This document shows positions 26,578-36,299 of a DNA stretch of 62,952 bases, in pieces (positions within the stretch are counted from its first letter, which is position 1; every line of letters starts with the position of its first letter). The stretch spans positions 1-62,952 of the IMG/VR virus record IMGVR_UViG_3300048586_000467; one strand, written 5' to 3'. The position numbers and the translations under genes were made by a program. Below the pieces are notes generated by a model. The model was not told where the DNA came from. It saw only the letters and a list, made by a program, of their open reading frames with translations, and did not search any database. The DNA is from a virus (Duplodnaviria > Caudoviricetes).

Positions 26578-28722
26578 CTAGCGCACGCCCGCCATAATGT
26601 CGAAGGCCTCGGTGAAGTAGACGCCGAAGTCGAACATCATGTTCATCTGGATCCACGTCTCGCGCGTCTTAACGTGCACCGAGGTATCCAGAACCAGTTC
26701 GATGTCCTGACCCAGCCCGTAAGCGGCATGCTGCCAGTCCCCGAAGAACATGTGGGAGCAGTCAGCCGAAGTCCCCACCGTGAAGTCGCGGCGGATCAGG
26801 GTCGACTTGACGGCCTTGTAGTCGAGCAGGGTCGAGTCTTCACGATTAAAGATGTAGCGCCCATCAGCGTCCTTCATGTTCTTGAAGGTGCGGATCGAGC
26901 GCGGCGCGGCGAGCCAGGCCCAGGTCGGCGATTCCGGCACGTCGTTGTCTTCCAGGCGGCCTTCGGCATTTTCAAGATCAGCGAGCTTCGGCTGCGCGCC
27001 GTTGCCGCTGCCCAGGGTCGTGATATTGACGCCTGGCGTGTTGAGCAGACCCAGCGGCTCCACCCCGGAGTCGCCCGACACAGCCGACTTGCCGCCGGTG
27101 CCATAGATGCAGGCCCGCTCGGCGCGCGTCTGCATGGCGTTGATCATGTCAGCCCGGACCTTCTGTTCCAGGTTGCCGGTCGAGTGCGCCAGCAGGCGGT
27201 TCGAGATGCGGGCCGCCGCGACGATTTCCTTGAGCGACAGCGTAATGCGCGCCAGGTCACCGTTGGCGTCATCGACGGCCTGACCTTCACCGACGAAATA
27301 TGCCTGCGCGCCACGACGATACTTCGTGACGGTCAGCGACTCGATCCCGTTCATCTCGACACGCTCGACGCCGAGTTGCTCGATGAAGAACGCCGGATAG
27401 AACTCTTCGAGAATCTCATCGCTGAGTTCCCGGTTCAGCAGGTAGCCGCCGGTCGGCCCTTCGGTGATGTTCATCGCCTTCAGAGCGTGATCGGCACTCT
27501 TGCCAGTGAACGCGGGCATCGGCAGCGGACGACCATGCTTGGTCGAGATCGCGTTGATGACGTCGATGATGCCGCCCTTCTTCGCGCCGCGATTGAAATT
27601 CGCAACGCCCTTCCCACCCGGCTGGTGGTTGCTCTTGGCGGTGTGGTGCGGCATGTTGTTGCGCGACTTCTTCCCCGCCAGCTCACCGACACGCTTCAGC
27701 GCCTCGAAGTTCCGCTGGGGCGGCGCGTCGTCCTCGTCATCCTGACCATCGAGATCGTCTTCTTCAAAGAGATCCAACAGGCCCTTGATCGAGGCCGCGA
27801 CGTCGGCCTTGTCATCGAGCTTGAGCGCCGAACGCATCGACGCCACGTCCTCGGCGGGCATATCCCCGCCCTGAATCTGCGTCAGAAGCTGCTGGAGAGC
27901 CGCGCTGACGGCCTCCGGCGTGGCTTCGACGCCCAAAAATTCGGCTAATGCAGCCAGCAGTTGCGGATCCATAGTAGGGTTTCCCCCTCCATTGACTTCG
28001 GTCGAGGAACGCTGTGGCTCCCCCTGCTCCAGCGCATCCCGCGCATCGGTGTTCGGAGGGCGTTCGCGGTCGGCTTCAAGCGCCGCCACAAACGATTTGA
28101 CGGATACCGGCCCAAGGGCCAACTCAGCCGGATTCTTGGTGATGGAACATTCGGCGGCGGGCCAGTAACGGTTCTCGCCGGTCTTCTGAATCAGGCCAAC
28201 GCCATGACCGATAGCACCGGTGCTGTGGCCGTGTAATCCCTGTTCCAGTTCCCGTTTCGTCCGTTCAAAGAGCCGATGCTTCCGATACACCCGATGGGTC
28301 ATCCACACGCCGAAGCGGTAGATCTCCGTTTTGATCCGCATCCCAATCGGGTCCAACCCGTACTCTTTATCGAACCCGTGCTCATAGTAGAGCGGCGCGT
28401 TCTGATAGTATTCGAGCAGAAGGTGACTGGCCCGGCTGAAGAACTCGTTATACGAGTCGCGGTCTTCCAGGTCTTCGGGATCGCCGAACTTAACGGCCCA
28501 GCCCTCAATGATGAGGTCGCCGGAACCGTCTTCTGCTGACCTGACCTGCACCCGCTGGCGCGCTTTGTTGACCGCGCCGAGAGCGGCAGCAGTTGCCATC
28601 GTCTCGTTGCCCGCCTGTCCGAACACGTCGTTGTAGACGCTCACGAACATCGAGGCTTCGGAGTCTTTGAGCTTGGCGCGTAATTCAGCAGGAATAGTGT
28701 CGATAGTCAGCATAAGTCCCAC
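26578..28722 (-). CDS. ChaB-like domain, prohead protease and HK97-fold major capsid fusion
   Basis: IPAELR…FVSVYN…AVNK (ChaB-like); IEGWAVKFG…DSYNEFF, YEHG, ECSITKNPA (protease); TGGYLL, FFGDW (HK97 MCP). Confidence 0.88.
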   Translation of the reverse strand: MGLMLTIDTIPAELRAKLKDSEASMFVSVYNDVFGQAGNETMATAAALGAVNKARQRVQVRSAEDGSGDLIIEGWAVKFGDPEDLEDRDSYNEFFSRASHLLLEYYQNAPLYYEHGFDKEYGLDPIGMRIKTEIYRFGVWMTHRVYRKHRLFERTKRELEQGLHGHSTGAIGHGVGLIQKTGENRYWPAAECSITKNPAELALGPVSVKSFVAALEADRERPPNTDARDALEQGEPQRSSTEVNGGGNPTMDPQLLAALAEFLGVEATPEAVSAALQQLLTQIQGGDMPAEDVASMRSALKLDDKADVAASIKGLLDLFEEDDLDGQDDEDDAPPQRNFEALKRVGELAGKKSRNNMPHHTAKSNHQPGGKGVANFNRGAKKGGIIDVINAISTKHGRPLPMPAFTGKSADHALKAMNITEGPTGGYLLNRELSDEILEEFYPAFFIEQLGVERVEMNGIESLTVTKYRRGAQAYFVGEGQAVDDANGDLARITLSLKEIVAAARISNRLLAHSTGNLEQKVRADMINAMQTRAERACIYGTGGKSAVSGDSGVEPLGLLNTPGVNITTLGSGNGAQPKLADLENAEGRLEDNDVPESPTWAWLAAPRSIRTFKNMKDADGRYIFNREDSTLLDYKAVKSTLIRRDFTVGTSADCSHMFFGDWQHAAYGLGQDIELVLDTSVHVKTRETWIQMNMMFDFGVYFTEAFDIMAGVR

Positions 28723-28739
28723 TTCTCCATCTAGTGGGC

Positions 28740-28768
28740 ATAGTACAATTGTTCTAATTTTGCGTCAA
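28740..28768 (-). promoter_or_regulatory. Capsid promoter with LexA-like box
   Basis: TTGACG-17-TACTAT; TAGAAC-AATT-GTACTA overlaps the -10. Confidence 0.7.
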
Positions 28769-28801
28769 TGTTGAGCTAACGTTGTCTCAACGTTAATGTG
28801 C

Positions 28802-29320
28802 TTATCGAACGCCAGCGCGTGGATCGAGCACAGTGCGATGAATTTCGCGAATACGCTGGGTCGAAAGACGTCGATACTTCGTGAAGATCAGGGGTGCATA
28901 GGGCCACTTGCTGAGTTTATGGCTTGGGACCTGGCGGAGTCCGAACACGTAGACTGCGCCCGGCTCCTTGTTCTCGGCCAGCAGATAGCCAGAGCCATCA
29001 TCATTCGGCATGAAGCGAATCTTCCATCCTTCACTGCGTTTGCCTGACCGGGCATACCGCCCGTTCACTGTCCTGATGATGCCTTCACGGACGGCCCAGA
29101 AGTAATAGCGCTGCGCCCGCCGCTGCTTTTCCTGGTCGAGCGACCATTTGAAGGGATGCTGAGGCAGATTGCCCTTCACCTTCAGTTCCGCCTTCATGTC
29201 CCGGCTGATACGGCGTTCCTCCAGGCGGAACGCCGTATTCATCAGTCCGGGCGCCTTCTGCAGCGTCTGCGCCACGTCACGGAGCACATCGCGCCGTGCG
29301 GCGACCTCAGCCCGGATCAC
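28802..29320 (-). CDS. Basic virion morphogenesis protein (HK97 gp10-like)
   Basis: RSGKRSEGW, YVFG..QVPSH; synteny. Confidence 0.55.
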   Translation of the reverse strand: MIRAEVAARRDVLRDVAQTLQKAPGLMNTAFRLEERRISRDMKAELKVKGNLPQHPFKWSLDQEKQRRAQRYYFWAVREGIIRTVNGRYARSGKRSEGWKIRFMPNDDGSGYLLAENKEPGAVYVFGLRQVPSHKLSKWPYAPLIFTKYRRLSTQRIREIHRTVLDPRAGVR

Positions 29321-32264
29321 CGCTCAGCTCCAGTTCCATCTCTTCGGCTTCCGCGTCGGCCTGCTCGCTGTCCACGATCTCTACATCCTCATCGTGGTCG
29401 TGATCGTGCTTACCAACGAACAGAGGAATGCGGTCGAGACGCCCCCGCGCTGGCTCGTCGGTCGGATCGAGCGAACAGTCACACCGCCAGCCACCGCAAT
29501 CAAGCGCGTCGGTCTTCGGCAGAACGCCACGTCGCTTCCAATCCTTGGCGCGATGCACCTGCCCGGCAGCAACGCCACAGGTCCGGCAATGTTCTTCCGT
29601 ACGCCCCAGGTGCCATTTCATCATCTGATTGGCCTTGGCGGACAGCTTGCCCTGCTCGTGGACGCGCGCCAGCCCCTTATTGACCCATAGATCAATCCGC
29701 TGGACGATGTCCTCTTTCTTCAGCAGGAACTCGCCGTACTTCGCCAGTGCCTCACGCTGCAACCGGTCTTTCGTCTCCGGGTCACGCGCCTGTTTGGCCT
29801 GGTTGCTCAGGTCGCGGGCCTGATCGCGCAGCTTCAGCACCTTGCGGTAGATCTCGTTCGCCAGCGATGTCCAGTGCCCACGCTCGGCCTTGATTTCGAG
29901 TTGTAGGTCGCGCTCCTCGTCCTCGTCCAGCCTGTCGGTATTCACCCCGCCCTCGACCAGCCCATCGCGGAAGCCAGCCCGAAACGCAGTCGTGATTTCG
30001 ACGCGGCCCAGGTCGCCAAACGCCTTGCGGTCGATCCGGCTTTCCATCGCCGAGTTGATGAGGTCGTACAGCACCGAGCGGTAGCGCGTCGCCGTATCGC
30101 CATAGGCGCGAATGCCTTTGCCGTGGTGCCGGATGTAGTGCTTGCGCGCCCGAATGAAGGCGTCTGCCAGGTGTTCATCCGTCGGCGCTTCCTGTAGGAT
30201 CAGGCGCAGGTAAGAGGCGGTGTCCGCCGGGATCGTCTCGGATTCAAAGGTGTAGTCGGCGCCTTTCCGGGCCGCTACGTCGCGCCAACGCTGGAAGTCT
30301 TTTACGACCGGATCGGGAATCCAGTTGTGCAGGGTCTTCGCGGTCACGCCGTCACTAGCGACCACGATGTGTTCAAACTCGTACCCCGTCCGACTAAAGA
30401 TCAGCCCGGTCAGCGGTAGTTCCACGGTTTCGTTGAAGGTTGGAACCGGCACGTCCTTGCCCAGATAGGCCAACGTGATATGGGGGTTCCAGTCGTCGGG
30501 CTGGGAGTAATCGGATAGTTTTACGCCCTGTGCTTCAAACGCTTCGACCACCTGGCGCTGGAACGCCTTCAATGCGTCTGTGGCCTGCACCTTCAGGATG
30601 AGGACATTCTGATCGTCCTGCTCGAAGACGTCGACCGGTCCCGCTTTGACCACCAATGCCGTCAGATCGTCCTTGACGAGATCATAAACCGCCCGGAATG
30701 GCGTCTCATCGACGAGCGACGCATAGGCAAGCGTCACATGGAACTGATGCGCGGGCGTCCACCGAACCGGTTCAGCCCCGCCGACTTTGATGCGCAGAAG
30801 ATCCTGTACAGCTTTCACAGAAGGCTGATCGGCAACGCTAAACAGCACGCAGCCGCTCGGCGTGCCATCTGATGCCCGGAAGGACGTAGCAGGCGCAGGC
30901 GGTTCCGGCAATGCAGCGGGCGCAGCGGCGGGTTGGGTCGCTGGCAACTGCTGACCACCCAAGCCGCCCGCGTCATTCATCCCCAGCGGCGGAACAGCAG
31001 TTCCACCCCCGGCGCCCTTCTCGCGCCAGTAGGTGGGAATATCGTTGATGTGAACCGGCACACCGCCAAGCATGTAGTAGCCCTTGAGGCGCTCGTCCGG
31101 CTGCTGGTCGAGTTCCTTCTGTGCGGTATATAGATCCATCACCCCCGCCGACACGCGACCGGTGATGTAAGTCGTCTTGACCTGCGAGTCTTCCTTCAGG
31201 AATTCGAGACGGCTGTAGTCCGGCTCCAGAACCACATCTACTTTGTATTCGTTGACGAGTTGCTCGGTGTAGATCTCGGCATACCATTCCGCCGTCGGCT
31301 TGATCCACAGTTCGAACCATGACTTCACCGCGACATAGGCCTGGGCGTAGTTGCTGGCCGACGGCGCGACGATCTCATAGGGAATGTCGGCAGCCGAAAA
31401 GACGTGCCGCTCGGCGCTTTCCGACGTGTCCTTCATGGCCACCTTATCGAGGTCCATCTGAAGTTGCACAAACTTCCAGCCGTGCGGCGCGACGATCACG
31501 CGCCCGACGTTACGAATACCCTGCACCGTGCGCCGGAAGAAGTCGGTGATCTTATTCACTTCATCAGGTGGTGCCGACGCTTTGACAATCCCTGCCTTCG
31601 CGGTCGCTTCCACATCCGGCACGACCATGCCAAGCGGCACGGCCATGTTTCGAAACAGGCTGACCCCCATTTCGGCGATGGCGCTGTCGAGCGTGGCGTG
31701 CATGAAGGCCACTTCCAGCGGTGACACGCCATCGAAGTCATCGCGGAAGTCGATGTAGTGCGAGTAAATCGCGTCCTGAAGTTCAATCGTGCGTGACGGT
31801 TCGCGATTGCGGCGGCTGGTCGTCGTGAACACATTGAAATGCTTTAGTCCGCCCCAGACAGACACTTCGGCGGCCCAGTCATGCGGATTCATCCAACGCA
31901 GGTTCATCACCGCGTCACTGATCGGACTGCGCTCTTTGTAGACGAGGTTGCGCCCCCAGCCAAAGTGCGTCAGTTCGGAGCGCTCCAGGCGATTTCGCTT
32001 GCCCTGGTGAATGATCTGCATCAGCGGGTGTGTGCGATCCAGATAGGTGCCATCGGCGGTCTTGGCTTTGAACTCCACGCGCGAAATGACCTTGGAGCGC
32101 AGGTTGCCGGCGCGATGCGCAGCGACCGATGTGCGCAGCAGCGTCGACAGATCGCTCGTCGAAATGTCCGGTCGAGCCTGTTCAAGCCAACTTTGAATCG
32201 AGGCCTTGATCGAAGCGGAAACACTTTTGTCTTCCCCCGCGAAGAGGATGGGATTGGTGCTCAT
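29307..32264 (-). CDS. Portal protein fused to 2H phosphoesterase and MuF-like domain
   Basis: GVSPL, FRNMAVP, SNYAQA (HK97-like portal); FHVTLAY and PHITLAY (2H); HCRTC…CGGWRCDC (MuF-like). Confidence 0.85.
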   Translation of the reverse strand: MSTNPILFAGEDKSVSASIKASIQSWLEQARPDISTSDLSTLLRTSVAAHRAGNLRSKVISRVEFKAKTADGTYLDRTHPLMQIIHQGKRNRLERSELTHFGWGRNLVYKERSPISDAVMNLRWMNPHDWAAEVSVWGGLKHFNVFTTTSRRNREPSRTIELQDAIYSHYIDFRDDFDGVSPLEVAFMHATLDSAIAEMGVSLFRNMAVPLGMVVPDVEATAKAGIVKASAPPDEVNKITDFFRRTVQGIRNVGRVIVAPHGWKFVQLQMDLDKVAMKDTSESAERHVFSAADIPYEIVAPSASNYAQAYVAVKSWFELWIKPTAEWYAEIYTEQLVNEYKVDVVLEPDYSRLEFLKEDSQVKTTYITGRVSAGVMDLYTAQKELDQQPDERLKGYYMLGGVPVHINDIPTYWREKGAGGGTAVPPLGMNDAGGLGGQQLPATQPAAAPAALPEPPAPATSFRASDGTPSGCVLFSVADQPSVKAVQDLLRIKVGGAEPVRWTPAHQFHVTLAYASLVDETPFRAVYDLVKDDLTALVVKAGPVDVFEQDDQNVLILKVQATDALKAFQRQVVEAFEAQGVKLSDYSQPDDWNPHITLAYLGKDVPVPTFNETVELPLTGLIFSRTGYEFEHIVVASDGVTAKTLHNWIPDPVVKDFQRWRDVAARKGADYTFESETIPADTASYLRLILQEAPTDEHLADAFIRARKHYIRHHGKGIRAYGDTATRYRSVLYDLINSAMESRIDRKAFGDLGRVEITTAFRAGFRDGLVEGGVNTDRLDEDEERDLQLEIKAERGHWTSLANEIYRKVLKLRDQARDLSNQAKQARDPETKDRLQREALAKYGEFLLKKEDIVQRIDLWVNKGLARVHEQGKLSAKANQMMKWHLGRTEEHCRTCGVAAGQVHRAKDWKRRGVLPKTDALDCGGWRCDCSLDPTDEPARGRLDRIPLFVGKHDHDHDEDVEIVDSEQADAEAEEMELELSGDPG

Positions 32265-33589
32265 GCGATTTGACTCTCCCAGTCCGGTGCAGTAGACACC
32301 AGTTCGTATCCGAATATGGCAGACATAACACAGTCGTCGTGAACGCCCGCTGGAGCGGCGTAGGTCAGCGTGCCGCCCGGTGTGCGTTGCGTGGTAAAGG
32401 CCTTCAATTCGTCGACCAGCGCCTGCGCATGGATGCGCTCCTCTTCGTCGGCGACCGTCTCCGGGTCGACGATCCAGACCTGCGCCTGCTCGAAGCCAAT
32501 CGCCAGGTTATCCGCACTGGTAATCTTGCTCTTGTTGGTGGTTGTGAAGACGCTGACCGGCAGGCCTGCGCGGACCGCAAGCTCGATAAACGTCTCGTTG
32601 CCATTGCGCTCGATGACAATGTCCGTCGGCGTAAACAGTCCGTAGGCCGTTCGCAGGCGCTCCAGCTGGACGAGGTAATCGATCCCCTGGAACCGCTGGA
32701 TATGCACCAGCGACCGCAGCGTGAGGTCCCACACGGTGATCACCGACCAGTCGCCATACTTCGCCAGGTCGACCCCGAAGACATACTGATGGTTGCCAAC
32801 CCGGCGCGGTTGCCAGACTGCCGTCTTCGACCGTTCGACGAAGCGGAAGACCCCATCCCCATCCGGCAGAAACTCCGCAAGCCATTCCTGATGGAAGGTG
32901 CGCCACGGCAACCGCTTCTGTGCCATCTCGAACGCCTTGCGAATAAACGGGTTCGGATTGGCAGACGTCGGCGCCGTCCAGGCCGCCGAGATGATCATGT
33001 CGGCCCGGGCGTCTGACCACAGCTTCTGGAACCAGTTGAAGCCCTTTGGCGTGGAGATCAGGATCAGGTCGCCGTCGGTGTCCGCCAGCGTCGGCATGAT
33101 CGCGTCGAAGATCATCGTCTCAGAGACGCGCGCCGCCTCGTCGACGATGACCAGGTTGAAGTTTTCACCCAGGATGGAGTCGGGGTTCTCTGCCGAGTAG
33201 ATCGCCAGATAGCCACCGTTCGGGAACTGGATGATGCGTTCTGTCTCGTTGGCCCGGACTTCCTTGAGGCCACGAACCGCCTGTTTCACGAAGCGCCACA
33301 GCGGACGCCCATTCTTGTAAGTCGGGACGACCCACGCGACTCGTCCGCCTGCCGCCGCCGTCGAGACAGCAATGGCGCCCGACATGATGGTTTTGCCCCA
33401 CCGGCGACCCATGCAGATCACCTTGATCTTCGCCGGGTGCGACGCAATCTCCCATTGGTCCTGCCGCATCTGTGGCAGGTAGATCACCTTGCCGGGACGC
33501 TTGGTTGTCGGGGCCTGTGCTGGCAGTGCGCTGGCGATCAGGTTCAACGACAGCAGCAGGGTGATGAGGAGTTGCAGCAGGGCGATCAC
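32261..33589 (-). CDS. terL: Terminase large subunit
   Basis: GRRWGKT, IVDEAA, ISTPKG, GVDLA, HDDCVMS. Confidence 0.95.
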   Translation of the reverse strand: MIALLQLLITLLLSLNLIASALPAQAPTTKRPGKVIYLPQMRQDQWEIASHPAKIKVICMGRRWGKTIMSGAIAVSTAAAGGRVAWVVPTYKNGRPLWRFVKQAVRGLKEVRANETERIIQFPNGGYLAIYSAENPDSILGENFNLVIVDEAARVSETMIFDAIMPTLADTDGDLILISTPKGFNWFQKLWSDARADMIISAAWTAPTSANPNPFIRKAFEMAQKRLPWRTFHQEWLAEFLPDGDGVFRFVERSKTAVWQPRRVGNHQYVFGVDLAKYGDWSVITVWDLTLRSLVHIQRFQGIDYLVQLERLRTAYGLFTPTDIVIERNGNETFIELAVRAGLPVSVFTTTNKSKITSADNLAIGFEQAQVWIVDPETVADEEERIHAQALVDELKAFTTQRTPGGTLTYAAPAGVHDDCVMSAIFGYELVSTAPDWESQIA

Positions 33590-34251
33590 GAGTCGCCATC
33601 CTCCCCTGAGGAGGGCGGACGCAGGCCGCCAATGGCCTGACGATAATCGACGGGCACTGGCAGAACGCTGTACATGGGCGCGCTTTCATCGCCTTCAGGG
33701 TTGGTGGATGCCACTTTCACCGGAGCCAGGATGCCGAGGATCTTCGACCGCATTTCAATGCACCAGCGTATCTGCTCGAGGTAACGCGGGTCGCCATTTT
33801 GCTGCTGCTCTTTAATCTGTGCCCGCGCCGCCTGTCCCTCAGCGCCGGTTTTGACTGTCGTCTTCTTCGCTTGTTTCGACGCTTCCCAGGCGTCCCATGC
33901 CTCCTTCTCCATGTGATTGATCTTGGCAAGCTCCCGCGCTTTCGCGACCTGCAAATCCTCTTTGGCAGAGGCTTCCAGCGCTTCGAGGATGGCGGCAATG
34001 TCCCGGCTGACCGTCGACTCCGACAGGTTCAGTTCCAGCGCGATGTCCTTCTGCATCCAGCCACGCATGTAGAGCCGTGCAATGGCGGCCTGGTCACGGA
34101 GGCGCTGGAAGTCGGTACGTGCCTCTCCCGGCTCTCGTATCACCTGGCCTTCGGCGGTTGCTTCGAGAACCGCGGTCACGGTTTTCTTGCGGGCGTGCTT
34201 GGCAGTCTCGGCAGGAGAGCGCCGACGGGTGGTTTTTTTCTCAACCGGCAT
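33586..34251 (-). CDS. terS: Terminase small subunit (HTH)
   Basis: QKDIALELNLSESTVSRDI HTH, directly upstream of terL. Confidence 0.75.
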   Translation of the reverse strand: MPVEKKTTRRRSPAETAKHARKKTVTAVLEATAEGQVIREPGEARTDFQRLRDQAAIARLYMRGWMQKDIALELNLSESTVSRDIAAILEALEASAKEDLQVAKARELAKINHMEKEAWDAWEASKQAKKTTVKTGAEGQAARAQIKEQQQNGDPRYLEQIRWCIEMRSKILGILAPVKVASTNPEGDESAPMYSVLPVPVDYRQAIGGLRPPSSGEDGDS

Positions 34252-34327
34252 GTGCGCCTCGTGTTGGATTTCTACAGGTAGTAGCGTATACTATACATAA
34301 TGACAACTTCACAATTAAGAGGGCATC

Positions 34328-35671
34328 ATGCAGAAGACAGCAATCAGTTGGACGAGCCTGACGTGGAACCCCGCTTCTGGATGCAGCAAAGTCAGCGACG
34401 GGTGCAAGCACTGCTACGCGGCGACGCTGAGCGCCAAATACGGCTGGACCGAAAAGCCGTGGACGATTCAGAACGAGGACGAGAACGTCGTCCTGAAGCC
34501 GCACAAGTTGCACGAGCCGTACAAGCAGACGGAGAAAGCCCGCTGCTTCGTCAACAGCATGAGCGACCTGTTTCACCGTGTCATTCCCGACTGGTATCGC
34601 GCTGCCGTCTTCGCAGTGATGCTTGACACGCCGTACATCACCTATCAGATCCTGACCAAGCGCCCTGAGCTGGCGGAGACATGGCACGAGCGCTTTCACG
34701 ACGCCATGCACACGCCGGAATACCAGCAGTTGATGAACGAGATCAAGGATAAGCGTGTGGCGGCCGCTCTGCGTAACGCCCTGCTCGTCAGTGATGAAGC
34801 ACGGCTCTCGCCCTGGGCCGACAATATCTGGATGGGCGCTTCGGTCGAAGACGCGCGTGTTCTGCACCGCCTCGACAGCCTGCGCCGCAACCAGGCCAAG
34901 ACACGCTTTGTCAGCGCCGAACCCCTGCTCGGCCCATGGGGGCCCGATGCGGACCTGACCGGTATTCACTGGGTCATCGTCGGCGGTGAGTCGGGTACGC
35001 ATATGAAGGACAAGGACGACCCGCGCTGGATGAAACAGGAATGGGCGCGCGAGATCCGCGATCTGTGCGTTGCTCAAGGCACTGCGTTTTTCTACAAACA
35101 GGACAGTGGCTACAAAACCGAGTTGCGCCCCTACCTCGTCGAAGAGGACGGCAGTCAATGGAAGTGGATGCAGTTCCCCGGCGACCTCGTCCCACCGACG
35201 AATGTCGCCACGGGCGAGATCTGGCCCGGTTGGACTGGCGAATCTGTCGCTGCCGTTGACCTGGTCCACAGCATCACGGTCCTGACTGCCCGCGTTGACT
35301 GCACGGACCCTGACGCCCTCGACATTACCGCCAAGAGCGCGAAGACGCCCGAAGGCGAAGCGCTGGCGCCCACCTGGGAGATGGTCAACGCCTACAAGTC
35401 GGGACTTGTCAGCGACGGACCGTACGCAGACCGCTACATTGCCCTGCTGCGCAGGCGCTATCGTGACGACCCCACCCCATTCCTGAGCATCCTCGAACGG
35501 GAGCGCGTGGTGCTGACCTGCTACTGCGCCGTCGGTGAGTTCTGCCACCGTCATCTCGCCGTCGATGTGTTGGAGAAAATCGCGATCAGTCGCAGGATCG
35601 GCTTCGAGCGCGGCGGCGAATGGCAGAAGCCCGCGCCAGTCGCGCCGGCAGTGCAACCTCGTCTGTTCTGA
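34328..35671 (+). CDS. DUF5131 (phage gp37/gp68) protein fused to a DUF488-like domain
   Basis: TWNP.SGC-x6-C-x2-CYA, FVNSMSDLFH, QILTKRP, WVIVGGESG, FFYKQ; C-terminal LAPTW…CYC…CHRH; promoter TTGGAT-17-TATACT. Confidence 0.85.
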   Translation: MQKTAISWTSLTWNPASGCSKVSDGCKHCYAATLSAKYGWTEKPWTIQNEDENVVLKPHKLHEPYKQTEKARCFVNSMSDLFHRVIPDWYRAAVFAVMLDTPYITYQILTKRPELAETWHERFHDAMHTPEYQQLMNEIKDKRVAAALRNALLVSDEARLSPWADNIWMGASVEDARVLHRLDSLRRNQAKTRFVSAEPLLGPWGPDADLTGIHWVIVGGESGTHMKDKDDPRWMKQEWAREIRDLCVAQGTAFFYKQDSGYKTELRPYLVEEDGSQWKWMQFPGDLVPPTNVATGEIWPGWTGESVAAVDLVHSITVLTARVDCTDPDALDITAKSAKTPEGEALAPTWEMVNAYKSGLVSDGPYADRYIALLRRRYRDDPTPFLSILERERVVLTCYCAVGEFCHRHLAVDVLEKIAISRRIGFERGGEWQKPAPVAPAVQPRLF

Positions 35672-35675
35672 CACG

Positions 35676-36299
35676 TCACCCCTCCCGCTCCAGCAGCGCG
35701 AGGAAGTGCGTCATGTTCTGATGCACCCCACAGTAGTAGCCCGCGAAGTGGTTGACGCGATATCCCGCAGCAGCCACTTTTTCATTCACGAGTTCCTCGC
35801 ACACTTCCAGATAGATCGGGTGCAGGTCGTTGCCATGGCGGCCCACCGCGCCCTGCATCGAAGCGGTCGCCCAGGCGCGTTGCAACGCCAGCGTCTGACG
35901 CAGGCCGTCATTGACGACGAGCACCATCACCGGCGGAAGTGGGCGCGTGCTGCTGAAGTAAGCCTCCAGCGTGGGCCAGCACTCGCCATAGGGGTCGACG
36001 TCGAGCAGCTCGACCGCCAAGTGCGCCCCTGCGCCGCCCCTGAGTGCGCTCACGCAATCTGCTTCATACACCGCCCATGTGGGCCTCTGTTTCGCCAGTC
36101 GCGCCACCTTGCCCGGTTCCTGCTCGAAGACCACGCCCTGCGCCAGCGTCGGATAACAGGCGTTCCATAGCACACCGGCGCCGCCATGCGTCTCCATGAC
36201 GACCGGCTGTGTGATGCCGCGCGCGGCGAGCATCTCCAGCGCCTTGAGCCGCAGCGCCTTCTTATGGCGAAACGTCTGATTATCCTTTTGCTGAGTCAT
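35676..36299 (-). CDS. SAM-dependent methyltransferase-like protein (TcmP-like partner)
   Basis: METHGGAG and LDVDPYG motifs; adjacent to DUF5131. Confidence 0.6.
   Translation of the reverse strand: MTQQKDNQTFRHKKALRLKALEMLAARGITQPVVMETHGGAGVLWNACYPTLAQGVVFEQEPGKVARLAKQRPTWAVYEADCVSALRGGAGAHLAVELLDVDPYGECWPTLEAYFSSTRPLPPVMVLVVNDGLRQTLALQRAWATASMQGAVGRHGNDLHPIYLEVCEELVNEKVAAAGYRVNHFAGYYCGVHQNMTHFLALLEREG

Noticed and set aside
26074-27948. 624-aa + strand ORF
   Set aside because: Antisense shadow of the capsid gene in high-GC DNA; no motifs or RBS
34241-35674. 477-aa - strand ORF
   Set aside because: Antisense shadow of the clearly recognisable DUF5131 gene
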